A stretch of DNA of 64,000 nucleotides from Podarcis vaucheri. Taxonomy: Eukaryota. The notes under the pieces are model-generated. The model made no database searches and was not told where the DNA came from. It worked only from the letters and a program-made list of their open reading frames with translations. Both the position numbers and the translations under genes were made by a program. This document shows, in pieces, positions 12,000 through 25,680 of the stretch; position 1 is the first letter of the stretch; each line of letters begins with the position of its first letter. The DNA is taken from assembly GCA_965113315.1 (NCBI GenBank), contig OZ220368.1; one strand, given 5' to 3'.

Positions 12000-14924
12000 C
12001 CCTACAAGAAAGTCTAGCAGCACCAACTACCAGGCTTCTACCTTAAGAACAACTTCTATTTAGGATGCAAATTGGCTTCAAATGTATTATAAACTTGAGC
12101 TTTGCAGAAATCCAAAGAAACATCCTGCTTTGCCATAGATATTCATCAGCTTCCGATAGTGACACAGATGCAGTTGCTGGGATGGGATTTCAGCACCATC
12201 TTTTTTGGGGGGGGGGGTTGGGGTAAACTTTTTCAGAATCTGCAGGATCCTGTCCTCCTCACTTAGTTCCTCAGGCTTCCTCTTTACCACCTACTTCTCA
12301 TCACTCCCTTTCTTCCACTCCTCCTCCCACAAACGGGCAATTGCAGGAAAATACCCAACACTTTGTGGCTTATTCCCCTTGCCTTGAATAGACTTATTCT
12401 GTCAATGCTGAATGGAGTCTTTGTCAAAGAAATCCAATTAGAAACTAAGAAATCAATCCAGCTTTTTGGTAATTTGCACCATCTGCTCTTATTGTACTTG
12501 CTGCTGAAGTTTTTGTTGTTTTTCTACTGGGTTTGTTTACAGGTTATTGAAATTGCTTTATTGAACAGGCTTTATTGACGTGGTTGTTGTTGTTTGTTTG
12601 TTTGTTTATGTGATGCCTCTTTGGCACCTGATGAAAACCTTTTAAAAACTATATTTTATAGTCTAGGACTTTCAGATTCAACCATAAGTGAGTCAATGTA
12701 AGAAGGGTTAGGACTAACCTGTGGTTGATTTTGCCCTAGTGACAAGACTTAACATTTTGGCCATTTTTTTAAATTCTCAAGCCTGAGGTATAAGGCATTT
12801 CCTATTTTGAGAGATTTGTCTGTATTTTTATGAATCATGAAATCACTAGCAGGAAATCATAGGTTTTGTGAATACAAGAAGTCAAACCACTGTCCATATT
12901 TGCTTTATAAAGGCAGGCTGGAATGGCAGAAATGAAAGCCCTATTCAAATGTACTAAAAGTGTGCTGGATCAATGTCTGCTTGGGAGTGTGCATGTGTGA
13001 ATGCTGCCTTTCCCCAATGTGCTGATAGGTTCTTTATCCACAGAGCCAAATCCACAGGGATTCCCTGGGTTGGTTCTACACATGTTTAGGCAATATTGTT
13101 TTATTTATTCAAAATATTTTTATCTTGCCGTTCTGTCTACTGAAGGAATTTGAGGTGGTTCACAAAAAATAAAAGGTAACAAAACACACAAAACTAAATA
13201 AGCAGAGGCACAGGTCAAAAACAATAACCACAAAAGAAGATTGGGTCAGCCACTTGCTTAAAAGAGCAGTGCCTTGGCATTATGGCACCAAAAACAAGCA
13301 CGGAGGGAACCAAGTGCAAAAAACTTCTAGAGCTCCAGTGCTACTTTTGACAGGACTCTCAAGCCCAGCTTGAGTATAGGCCCAAACAATTAACTGCTGA
13401 GAGAAACATGTAGTCAATTAAAGCTGCCCCCCATTGCTGTTTTCCTACAAAATTAAAGTTTACCGTCACCAAATATGGACAATTTCCCAAGACTGATTAA
13501 AAAAACAACTGTTTGCAGATGGGCAACAACTTTTACAGATAGCAGAATAGTTGTACTCTGATGTTAGTTCTGTGCAGTATATTTAAGGTACATAAACCAT
13601 TAGGGGGTATTCCTTTAACTTAGAAAACTAAAAGGATCGTATCAGTATTTTCAAATCACAAAGACCTATCAGTAACTGGTTAAGATTAGGCAGAGGCTGA
13701 CTTAACAGGAAGGAAAGATGCATTCGCTTTACCTAGTTTATAACAGAAAAATATTTCCAGAGGCATCAAACTTAGCTTGCTCAATCTTCATCAGGTGCCC
13801 TTCAAACATTTTGACCTATAACTTTATCGGCCCCAGTCAGCATGGCCAATGACGGGGGATAATGGGAGTTGTAGTCCAGAACGTCTGGAGGGCACACCTT
13901 GTTGGCTAACTGACTTACATATTCCATTTCAGACCACAACATTTCATGCTCATACGAAACTCAGTCATTCCAGTACACTTTCTTTTTCTTATAAATTTAT
14001 CCCCAGAGGTGAATTAGAGGTAACAAGATATGTGGAGCAATTCCACAGAAAAAGGTTAAGAAACTATCCTTCCATTCAGGGAAGAGCCCCTTCTGGGAGG
14101 GAAGGGATTGATAATCTAGTGTAGAGTTTCTGCAAAGGAAAGGTAGAGGGAGGTGATTTTGATGATTCCGCTCCACTTCTCTGCAGTACCTTCCCATGGT
14201 TCAGGAGGCTCAACAGTGCTCTGGAACACTTTTTTGGGGTACTAAAAACAACTTGAGTTGTGCCAACCAATTCTTACTCCAGAGGATATTTGCCACAGAA
14301 TAAAATAGGTTCATGAAATCAAACATTTAATATAGGAGAGCTTTAACTCTCCTGTATAGCCAAGCTGGAAAAAGGTTACATAAATGTTAAAATGACAACA
14401 CTGAAGTATCAAATGGATAATGGACTTTTATTAATTGACCAACATTCAGATTGTAATACTATTTTTATCCACCACCACCCCCGTCAAACGGTCTTGATAC
14501 ATGATCCAAGCACTAAATACAAATGTATTTTTCATATTTCTCTGAGGTACTCTATTTATTAAGGGAATGGGAGATTGTCATGGTTAAGAATATGATGGCA
14601 AGGAAAGCTCTAGAAATGGATAACAGGATAATAGAACATTCTACCTATATTTATAATGTGTAGCTGCTATAAGGTGTAAAAACTGCTTGCAAAGTGTATA
14701 CAAAGAAGCCCTGGTTGACAGAGTCAAGTTCTTTGATAATCAGTAACTCCAGAAGAAGATTTTTTCTTTAAAAAAAATCAACAACAATTATTTCCCCATT
14801 CCCCTTTAAATTATAACAATTGAAGGGACACAGTTGTACAAATCAAATTTTAAAATGATTCTGATTGAACTCGTCATGTCATCTAAGTAGCCATAGCATT
14901 ACCATACAGAAAGGTAGAATGGGT

Positions 14925-14960
14925 TTGTTTTTTTGTTTGTTTGTTTGTTTGTTTGTTTGT
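14925..14960. repeat. (GTTT)n microsatellite beside the N gap
   Basis: Seen directly. Confidence 0.9.
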
Positions 14961-15015
14961 AGGAAACCAAAGGGCTTCTATTAAATAATAAGAGCAAAGT
15001 GGGGGCTTAAAGTTC

Positions 15016-15147
15016 NNNNNNNNNNNNNNNNNNNNNNNNNNNNNNNNNNNNNNNNNNNNNNNNNNNNNNNNNNNNNNNNNNNNNNNNNNNNNNNNNNNNN
15101 NNNNNNNNNNNNNNNNNNNNNNNNNNNNNNNNNNNNNNNNNNNNNNN
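15016..15147. other. Assembly gap or masked segment (132 N)
   Basis: Run of n characters. Confidence 0.99.
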
Positions 15148-15983
15148 GGGAGAGAGAAGGACATAAGTGTAAGTCACAGAAGCAGGTTATTAATCTCACT
15201 ACAGGGGAGGAAGAGGCGCTGTGAGCTGTTAACGTGCAAGGGGGAGTAGAAGGGAGTTTAAAACAATTCTCTTGTTTTATTTTGGGAAACAGAAAGCAAA
15301 AAAATAAAAAGTAAAAAAATGGCAAGCTATGGAATCCTAAATGGAGATAATTTTTGCCCACTGGATTGCTGCCTACGTGTTTGTGCATGGAGGGTGTGAG
15401 AAGTGTTCTGTTGCTGCAACAGAATAGTAGTATGTTGGGGGTTTTTTTTGCTGTACTAACTTTGGGTGGAATTTGTCACACAAGGCCTTGTCTCCATTTT
15501 AAAGATGCTGCTGTAATGTTGAAAGATGCCTCTGGGTATGAAAACAACATCTGAAAATGTAGCACTAAACTTTATTACATGAACCTGTCTTGAAGAAAAA
15601 GGCTGGTAAGGGGAAAACATGGCAATGATTCTGGCACTCACATGCTCTTGAGATAAGCATGCATTATAATTCTGAACGTATGTTGCATGGATCTTTCGTA
15701 TGGGTGGGCTTCCAAAGGAGGCATTAATCTCTGGTTTGACAGTTTCCCCTAAAGGTGATAAATTTGGATTAACTAACTACTGGGCAGGATTTCTGGAATG
15801 TTGGTTAAGTGCATGATTTTATTGAACCGTATTATTTGATAAATTTCCAAACTGAACCAATAAATTAATATTTAAAGCTACCCTTCTTTCTCTCCTAGTC
15901 AAAAATTACCAGTTACTTTGACTCACAATATTTTAAAGAGTCCAGGGTACATGTAAAACAAACTAAAAACACCTAAGGAAATA

Positions 15984-16299
15984 CAGTGGTGCCTCGCAAG
16001 ACGAAAAGAATCCGTTCTGTGATTCTCTTCGTCTAGCGGTTTTTTCGTCTTGCAAAGCAAGCCCATTGGCGGATTAGCGCTATTAGCGCTATTATCGGCT
16101 TATCGGCTTATCGGATCAGCTGATAAGCGGCTTAGGAAAAGGGGGGGAGGAAAAAACACCGCAGGAACTCGCAAGACATTTTTGTCTTGCGAAGCAAGCC
16201 CATAGGAGATTCGTTTTGCGAAGTACCTCCAAAACGGAAAACTCTTTCGTCTAGCGAGTTTTCTGTCTTGCGAGGCATTCGTCTTGCGGGGCACCACTG
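15984..16299 (-). mobile_element. Second copy of the same MITE family, in inverted orientation
   Basis: TA|CAGTGGTGCCTCGCAAGACG ... GTCTTGCGGGGCACCACTG|TA; its reverse complement aligns with 3526-3665; internal ATTAGCGCT and ATCGGCTT micro-repeats. Confidence 0.88.
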
Positions 16300-16676
16300 T
16301 ACTACTGCTGAAGCTAAGCACATCTGGCCTTGTAAGCTTCCTTGGAAGCCTAGTCCTGTAAAATGAAGGAAGAGCTGGGCAGACAGAATATACATATGGG
16401 AAAGACCTGCTCTTGAGTAATAGCATTATACCTTACATAAAAAAGAACCACAAGTCAAAAATCTATCACCTCTCCAAAACTCTTGCCATTGGGAAACTGG
16501 TATGCTATATGCTGCATTTCTGAGTTTGGCATGAGTTCCTCTCTTTTACATATAAGTATATATTTGTATGCACTTGACACTCATGGTGGTGAGGGTGGCA
16601 GTGAAGGAAGCATTCAGATGACAATGGCTAGGATTTTAAATCCAGATTTCTTGAAACCACTCTGCTAGTACAGTAC

Positions 16677-16736
16677 CTGCAGGAGTTTCACAATGCCTTT
16701 CAAACGTGAGCAGTTTGTCAACATAAGCATCATCTT
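16677..16736 (-). CDS. SGIP1: SGIP1 60-nt cassette exon ([20 protein letters not shown])
   Basis: long U-rich tract ...tttcttttgctcatgggtttcag|AAGATGAT...CCTGCAG|gtactg; phase 1-1; resembles a recalled mammalian alternative segment EDDVFYDKLPSFERRCETPA. Confidence 0.82.
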
Positions 16737-19700
16737 CTGAAACCCATGAGCAAAAGAAATGTAAAAGAAAAACAATGAAAACACAAATTCCAAATGAAAA
16801 TCAAGTAGCTGTTTATCAACCAAACCACAAACATTACAATGAAAAAAAGATCATAGACATAGAAATGGTGGACACATCTCTTTTTATTATCAAAATCATA
16901 TGCAACAACCACCACAAGAACCCAAAAACAAATACAAAAAAAAGACAAACAGTAAATGAAATAATTTTGTGTCATATTTCCTCAGACAAACTCTCCATAC
17001 GTATATGGGATAACCTTTAGAGACTGGAAGAGTCACACACAGGGAAGCCACAAAGGCTGAGAAATTGTGCTTCTTACGAGCTACTTAGGCCATAATCGTA
17101 GGGACACTTACTGGGAGTAAGTCCTATTGAACTCAATAAGGCTTACTTCTAAGTAGATGTGTATCTTGTGTACCTTACTCTTCATGTAGAATTGTATAAT
17201 GAGTGTCCAAACCCTTCCATGTCTTAAATCAGGGGTAGTCAGTTTAGGAGTGCTGAAGAAACTCTACCTGCTGAAGTGTGACTGTAGCCCAGGGATGGAG
17301 GACCTGTGTTCTCTGGATGTTGCTGGACTACAGCTTCCACCATTTCTGACTGTTGACCATGCTGGCTAGGGCTGATGGGAGCTGGAGTCCAGCAACATCT
17401 GGAGGGCATGATGTTGACTACTCTTATCTTAGATCCATAGAATTTAAAAGGTGCTACTGCAACAAGGAAAAGTTCCCCACACTCAAAGCGTACCTGGCAA
17501 AGGGTCATTCACTCTTGCTAAAATCCTCTTAAAAAACCAATCGTGTTTCACTGTCCAACCATTCCTACAATCAAGAGGTATTTCCCAATGCTGAACTCAA
17601 ACTGAGTTTGCTATAACTGGGACCCATTGCTTCTTGCTAATGGCCTCCCCCCCTTTTTTTTTTTACTCTGCTAACCCATTCAAGCCTAATAGTATGACTG
17701 TAAGCCATAATTGTTGTTCTCTGAAACAGGGAAAAATACAAAGGCCAGATCTTTAGCACATTTTTTTTGAATCCTATGGTTTAGGATACAAACCAAGGAC
17801 TCAAACTAGCCCTGCCTCAAGAGGTCTGAAATTGCATTGGAACCTGGGCTCTGCTCCCACAGGAATTGCTATTCCCTCTCCACGGTAAATGCCTGCCATG
17901 CTTTTGCCTTGAGCTGGAAGCTTTTTACATGCCAAGCCATTCAGCATATTAAGCATAATTTACTGCATTATTTGTCATGGGCCACAAGAGCAGATTGGCA
18001 CAATCCAGTCTCATCCAACACATGATCTGACAATACCACTTGCCTATTTGGGACAGGTGGAGGTTTCTCTGTTGCCAATAAACATGCAATCCTATTTTCA
18101 AGGAGTAGATGAAAAAATTCTCATTATTTTGTTCCAGAAGCCAATAAATTCTGGAAGCTACCTATATATTCTCACAATATGGAAAACTAAAGGGAGATTT
18201 TTAAAATTAAGGTACCTGTGGGGAATATGGTCCTTCCCTCCGTCCCTACTCAGGGAGAGCATTGAGGAGAACACAGAATTTGAGCATTTAACAAAGATTT
18301 CCTTTTATTTTACTACAGTGAATACAATTCTCCCCACAGAGACACAGACACCCAACAATATCAAAGGACAAAACAAGTTGATCTAATATTAATGTAAAAT
18401 TGTGCCTGTGTTTAACACATTCAAGAAAACACTCCAGAAATAGTTTGTCTTGTCTAAGAGTGTGACTATTACCTTGGCTATCTCTAGAAGCGAATCCTAA
18501 TTTCAGATTTCTAAAAAAAAAGGGATGCATAAACCAAGCAGCCCCTTTTTATAAGCTGCGAAAGTGAATAGGCTTGCACATAGCATTAAACCTAACCATG
18601 GCTTAGCATGAATGTATGAGCTCCCAGAAAGGAGCTTGCAGCTGCTTTGCTGCTCCCTGGTCTTTTTTGCTAATGTGCCATGCTGAGCTAAACCAAGTTT
18701 AAGCTTAGCATGTCTTCTGCACCTGGACTTAAGATCAGGCTGTCTCCTCTCTGGGAACTCAGGTACTCACACTAAGCCTTGGTTTAGCTTAGCGTGACAA
18801 GCAAATCAGGCCAGTCAGTGGGAAGTCTAACTATAGTGCTCATGTCAAGACCTTCATATGGCCAGCATAAAGAATGCTCAGGCTAGTCACTATGAACAAA
18901 TACACAATAACTAAAAATAGCTGGGATGTACAAATACAAACCAGGAACTCCTTATTAGCCATTTCAGCTGTTTTCTCAATCACTTTGTATTAAAGCTTCT
19001 CTTCACCCCAATAAGGGTGGTGAAATCTCCAAGGCCATCTGTAAAAAAGGCCACTTAGATAATTTTAATAAAATGCCTGATTACTGAATCAACTTCAACG
19101 TAACAGCAATTTCTATAAAAATCATATATGGCGAATGAATCATGTTCATGTCAAGACTATGAATCAAAGGCCTACTCGTGTTCTTGAATGGTTAGTCAAA
19201 AGCATGTGGCCTTCAAAGCTTGTAATGTTTTAAGTGTGCTGCCACCTAAAACTTGGACTATGTACTACCCTATCACAACTGCACATTCACATTGCTTCTA
19301 AAGTTTAGGTTAAATATAAGGCTTTGGGGGCAATCTATAGCACTTTTAAATGGTTGTGTTTGAAAGAGTGTCCTTGGCTATTGAGTAACTGGTTTCTTCC
19401 ATCCACTGAAAAGAAACCTTAAAAGAGTATCTGCTGGAGCTCATAAGCACAGGCTTTTAGAAAGATTATATAAAGCCTTTCTTTTCAGGCAACCCTTGTT
19501 TGATACTGATTGGATTGATATTTTAATGGTTGTTTATATTTGAACTGTCATCAGATTTTTCCAATATTGTATTTACAAGTTGGATGTACTGGTAGCTTTA
19601 GAAAAGACATGTAACTTTAGGCATAATATAAATATTATGTTTTAAAATAAATAAACATTCTGACATTTTTTGTAGTTACCTCATCTATGAATATCAATTT

Positions 19701-22700
19701 GAAGGCTATCTAGATTTGTGAAATCATGTTGAATAACAGAATAATCCTGACTCTAATTCACCTTGACTTTCACAATTGTTATCCTAAAATCAAACAGAAA
19801 CCAGCAATGGTCTCTATGGATCATTGATTATTTCTTTTAAAAGCAACAAAATTTATCTAGAGGAACTTTACTTCTATTAATGAAAATGTCTATAGTGACA
19901 GAGTCATCATGTTCATGCTTATATATGGGGAAAATTATTATTTCAACAGAAAATTGTGTTTTCCTCCCCATCACCTGTTTTACCTGCACAAAACCTAGGC
20001 TAACGTTTCAGCTTAAAAGTAGCCCTTTTCACAAATCAGATGGGCTTGATTCCATTGGAACCTTATGTTCTGAAACACAGTTACTGGTAAGAACACACAA
20101 CAGTGTGTCATAAAAACTACTGAGCGACATCAGTTTCAGACAATTTACACCACCCCGTGGAACATAATACTTCACATACAAGGAGTTGAGCCACTGATGA
20201 CACAGCCTCTTAGTTGATAATACGATATTGTTAGTTAAGTATTTGAAATGCTATTCAGTACTTTGACTGATATGCATTTATATCACCCTGGTCATTGCAC
20301 TGACCAACAGCAAGCAGAAACAAAGGACATAGGTACGAAAAAGGAAACATGAAGTCAGAAAATTGCATTAAGCACTCTCCCCCCACACTTCCATTTCACA
20401 CACAATAGGCAGAAAGAAACAAGAGTGAATGGTTTTTCAAAAAGACAAACTAAAGCTGAAAGCACTTCAAACCAGGTTCAGCATTTAACAAATTATCACT
20501 GGAGGCTTGAATATATGCCCCAGTTGACAGCATCTTCATTTTCTAATAAGCAAAACAAGTATCTATGAATTACTATGACTGAGTGAAGACTAAACACCAC
20601 TAGTATGGGAAGTCAGTAGTATGCTCAATGGCTATTACTCAAATGAAGACAAAACATATCCATTTCAGCTCATTCAGATTTTTGACCCCCCCCCCTTTCT
20701 TGGAATATCCAATTTGTTGCCATTCTGAGTTCATTCAGAATAGTCAGAAAGACAATTTGAACAGCAGCTCAAGTGCCCGTTCTCGTCTACACAGATTAGA
20801 AAATGCTTGATAAAAAAATTGAGGTTAAGAGGCACACAGCAGGAACACTACAGAAAGAAAGTTTAGACTAATAGCAGAACGGGTCCAAAGGGATGTAAAA
20901 GAAGGGAAAATCAATAAAAGAAAACAACCTGGCATACAATGAGAACTGAAGGTGACAGAGATGGTCTGTAGAAGAGCAGAAGCGTTGATGAAAAGAGACG
21001 CAGGTCAAAAAGGAAAACCAGGAGTCTGCAGCACAAAAGAACTATATCAGAGAGAAGAAGGTGGTTTTAAGGTGTAAAGAAGATGAAGAGTATTGTAAAT
21101 GAAATAAAGAATGACAAAGAGAATTCAAATATATGTTTGTCTGAGAAAGAAGTGGAGCAGGGAGCAGAAAGGAAGACCAGAGAATGAAGCAAAAAATGAA
21201 AAGCATCAACATCCAGGCGTTGCCAGCCACAGAACATTTATGACTTTTGACAACTGTAATCTAACCTCAGCTTAAGAAGAAAAAAACCATGTTTTCAGTA
21301 CAACTTTCCATATTTTCAAATTTCTAAGAAACTGGATTTGAAAAAGTTTAGAACTTTTTGAAATTTTTCATGTGTTTCTGCAATCCAAGAAGCAAATACA
21401 ATTGGTTTGTAACATTACTTTTTAATAATATCTGGTACTAGAGTATACTTTCTGCTCCTGCTATCCTTTCCTATTTCTCCTTACTAAGATTAACTTTGTG
21501 TTAAACTTTATTCATTTTTATTGCATTTATCTAGTTTTGCTACAGCTAACTAATCTAACAATGATTTATATGATTGCCAAATTGCGAGACTATTCGTCCT
21601 GCTTTGCAGCCACAGGAGTGACACAGTACTGTAAATCATTTTGTATCTATAGTGGTCAGAATTCAAAGGGAAGCATGACTGTTCCACATCTCCACTGGCT
21701 TCTAAGAGACTTCCAGGAAATGCTGCACTGAATCCTAAACTACTATTAGAGTTTCCCTCCTCCAATTCAAAAAGCAGTTTGGTTTGTAGGCAGAATAACT
21801 TTCAGCATAGAAAACCTGCCAGAAGAGCTCCATTCTTTCCACTTTCCTGATCTCCCCTTGGAAAGTCTCCTATACCCAATGAAAACTGCATCTTGATCTT
21901 AGCGGAATTTAGGAAATTACTGGGGGAAGGCACAGTTTAGGGAATAAAGGGAGCCTATGCATCCCTTCAGGTCCCTGCTATTTTTATACACAAATATACA
22001 TTGCAGTTGCAGCAGTCTACAGTTAATCAAGAGTGCAATTCTCATTTACATTAAAAAGTGCTTTAACATAACATGACCATGACAACGAAAACAAAGGAAA
22101 ATATAAACCAAATAAAGGGTTTCAGAAAGTAAAATATTCAAGCCATTCCACTCATGGAAACTATTCTTCAAACAAAGAAAAGCTTTTCGTTACCAATTGT
22201 TGGAGTAGTAGCTGCACTCAAGGAATTGGTGGACGATATGGAAGAGGTGCTTTCAGCACGTGCTAAAGGTGCTATCGGAGGAGGGCTGGATGAGTGAACC
22301 GGAGGGCTAAATGGTCTGGACTGTAGACAAACACAAACAAGATTAAAGATACACACAGTGCATTTCTGAACATGAACTCAAGCAAGAATATTCATAACTG
22401 CACACACTATCTTCTAAGGCCCCTGGAACACCCAGAATTAATCCATTCACACTGAGTGGATTTACAGATCTATTGATTTCTCAGCTCCTGATTATTGAAT
22501 ACTAGCCCAATTGTGTAGCCAAAAGTTTTACTGAGTTCTCTAATGCACGTGATCTATATTTGTAGTGCAGATGAGAAACATGCTGCAGAATGTAACGTTT
22601 GGGGGATGCATCTGAAACTGCAAACTATGGTGCACAAAAAAACAGTTCACAGGTGCAAAATTAAGCAATGGTCCAAAATAAAATCACTGGGTTGTTTCAC

Positions 22701-25638
22701 TATTGGAATCCACAATGATGGATTACTTTTCATGAAGAGTTTTTTCAAACATTACACTTTTTCTTATATAGCAAGGATGGCTACATAGGAGCAGATATGA
22801 AAAGAGCATGTGGATAGTCAATGATGGTAATGGAAATGAGTTTCTTTCACTTTGTGAATGTGTACTTGGAATCCATGGTTGGCTGTGACTTCCCAAGATT
22901 GTGTTTATACATAGTGGAAAATATATGCACATCTGTCACATGACAGGAACAAATATGTACACTTTTTCTGACAAAGAAGTGCTTTTCATGTCAGAATAGT
23001 AAAAACTGAAGTTTCCCTTTGGTGTGCTTGTGTATGTACAAGTCCAAGTGTTTCAGAAAATGTGAAAAGATACATGTCATCACTAGTGTCAGACAATTTC
23101 AATTTAACTGGGGCATAGCAGCTTTCTTGACCTTTCTTGACATTTTAGAGATGTTCTTGCTAAAGCAAATGCACAGGTGTAATAATTCTGACTTGTTTCT
23201 GGCATGACCAACAAAACCGACAAAACTAGCCTGCAATTTCAAATGCGGACTTTCCATAACAATCTGCCTATTTACCGTCATCAAGAGAGATTATTCTCTG
23301 TATGGTTTCAAATAATGGAGGAAATCAGACACTAGGTTAGGGACACGGCAGAAGTCATTTGTTTATTAAGAATTCTTTGTTCATCTCTATTTGTCTGTAC
23401 CACAGTGAGCTGAAGTTATGTTGTCTCAATTTAATTAGTAATTTTGAAGAAGCTAAACCTACCACATCAACTCCAGGCTTCCCTGGAGGCAATTTTGGAC
23501 GAGATGGGGGTCTAGGTGGAGGAGGCGGGGGAGTAGGGCTGCTGCAGGATGCCAACGGGGTTGCAGGTCGAGCAGGAGATGATGAACCTGAAATAAATGC
23601 ACACTATAAATATGGTGTTGAGCTGTCCTTACTGCAGTTCTTACCCACCTTTATCAAAAACCCCAACACAGAGCAGACCATCAAGCAAACAGTTGCCCAA
23701 ACAGTTTTTGACTTAGGCTGGCAGCTGTTGCATAACAAGACAATTCATATGTGTAGATGGGAATTGGATAAGATCAGAAAGTTGCTAAGTCGCAATAAAA
23801 ACAGAAAAGCTTATTTTCCTGCTATTATGCCAATGAAAGTTTCACATGCTCTCGGGCAATGATGATATTGTGTCTACAGTTAACACACTGCTCCTACATA
23901 AACTTCTTTAACTTAAATGAGGAAGCAGCACTTCTCCAAGTGAACCCACTTTAGATGAAAAAGTGATGTCTAAAAATACCAAAATATTGAAGTTTTGGGG
24001 GGGGTATTCCTGAAACTTACCCATTCCTTATTATGCTCTTGCAATAAAAGCATAATATGTTCTTGTTATGCAAACGTAAGTGGTGCTGCAACAGAACGCA
24101 ATGATGTAACAATGGAATACCCATTTATTCTATGGTGTACAAAGAGACAAGCCTTGCACAATTATTTTCATGTAAGATGCTAGCAAATAAGAGAATAGCT
24201 AAGAACACTAGAATGGTGAAAAGACTGATGTTACAACGACTTGGAATAAAATGCAGATATTTAAGAAATTGAAAAATAATCTCTCTTCCAAAGTGTATAA
24301 TGGTTTTTTCATATCATCATTGATGACTATTGAACAAAAAAGGAGGTTAAACTACAAAAGGGAAGATTATTTAAATGGCAGTTTAATAGTTACTGATACG
24401 TATCAAAACACAGTCCAGCAATTCCATAGCAACTTATATAATTTACTATGCCAAAATAGGATAAATGTTTTCTAAACTTAAGAGTAGGAGATAACAATAG
24501 AAAATGACTGAATAAGAGCCCAGGTTACCTTCAGTGGCATCTAAGCTACAACAGTGCTGCTCCTTTGCACCTACTTGGAAACATCAAAAGTCTGCTGTCA
24601 CAGGAGGAATTCCTGCTGTGTCTTCTTCCCATTCTAGCATTATTCTTCCTGGAAGTTGGAATAATAGTAGCATGGGAAGGACTCACAGCACGGACTCCTT
24701 GTACATACTGTGAACATATGACAGATGTTATTGAGTGACACAGGAAGGAGCTATGCTGCAGTGGCTCTCATGCTGCTAAAGGTAGCAAACCCCCTCCCCG
24801 TTAACACCCCTTCTTTATTGGGCCATTCTGGTGTGTGACATTTTGCACATGTCCCTCCTTCCTCCCAAGGTTAAAATGGCAGGTATTTGTGAACTGTAAA
24901 AAGCAAAGCTGTATTCCAAATAGAAAAAGGAAGCGGAATATATTCCACATTCAATAGACCACCAGTTCCTAAGTCAGTCAGTCCTTTAAAAGTGAAACAA
25001 GATATTTTACATCCAAGTTGTGTATGGGTTGGTTTTATCATATCAGCATTACAGTGTTGATCGTAAGCACTAACTGCATTACATGCTTCATGCAGTCAAT
25101 GGAACACGCACACAAAACACACAGCTATCAGAAGATGATTGATGGAGCTTTAAAAATATAAGGCTAGATGATTATGTAATGATGCTGCATTTGCTAAGCA
25201 TGCCCTAAACGCTTCCTTGCTTAAGGTAAATTCTTGGAAAAGCCTTGGCTGTTTAAAATATTTTGTATTTATTGGTGCATGTAAAACTCCAGTGCCAAGT
25301 ACCAAGTTCTGTCCACTCAAACCACTATTTTCCCTCCTCATTAAAACAACATAAAACCCCAATTATGCAAAACATGCACTACACAAATATTAATCCCAGA
25401 TTACTGAAAAACAAATTATGGCAGCATGTGTGATCCAGTGTCATAGAGCTACCAGATTTGTGTCCTATGAAACTTCAGTGAAACAGATGGAAGTTTTGTA
25501 ACACCTCATCTGTCACCTCAATGATCAGCTAAAAGAGAACCTCTTACTACAGGAACAACATCAGAGTTTTACATCTAGATGTTAAAAAACGAAACCTTTA
25601 CAACACCTTGTAACAAAATCAGCAGATCTCTTCATCAT

Positions 25639-25680
<42 letters not shown>

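Noticed and set aside
1-15000. Search for SGIP1 mu-homology-domain exons ([23 protein letters not shown]...)
   Set aside because: Not found by eye; they presumably lie downstream of the gene portion shown, beyond position 1.
23359-23862. 167-aa Gly-rich ORF on the plus strand
   Set aside because: Antisense shadow of the proline-rich SGIP1 exon 23463-23587.
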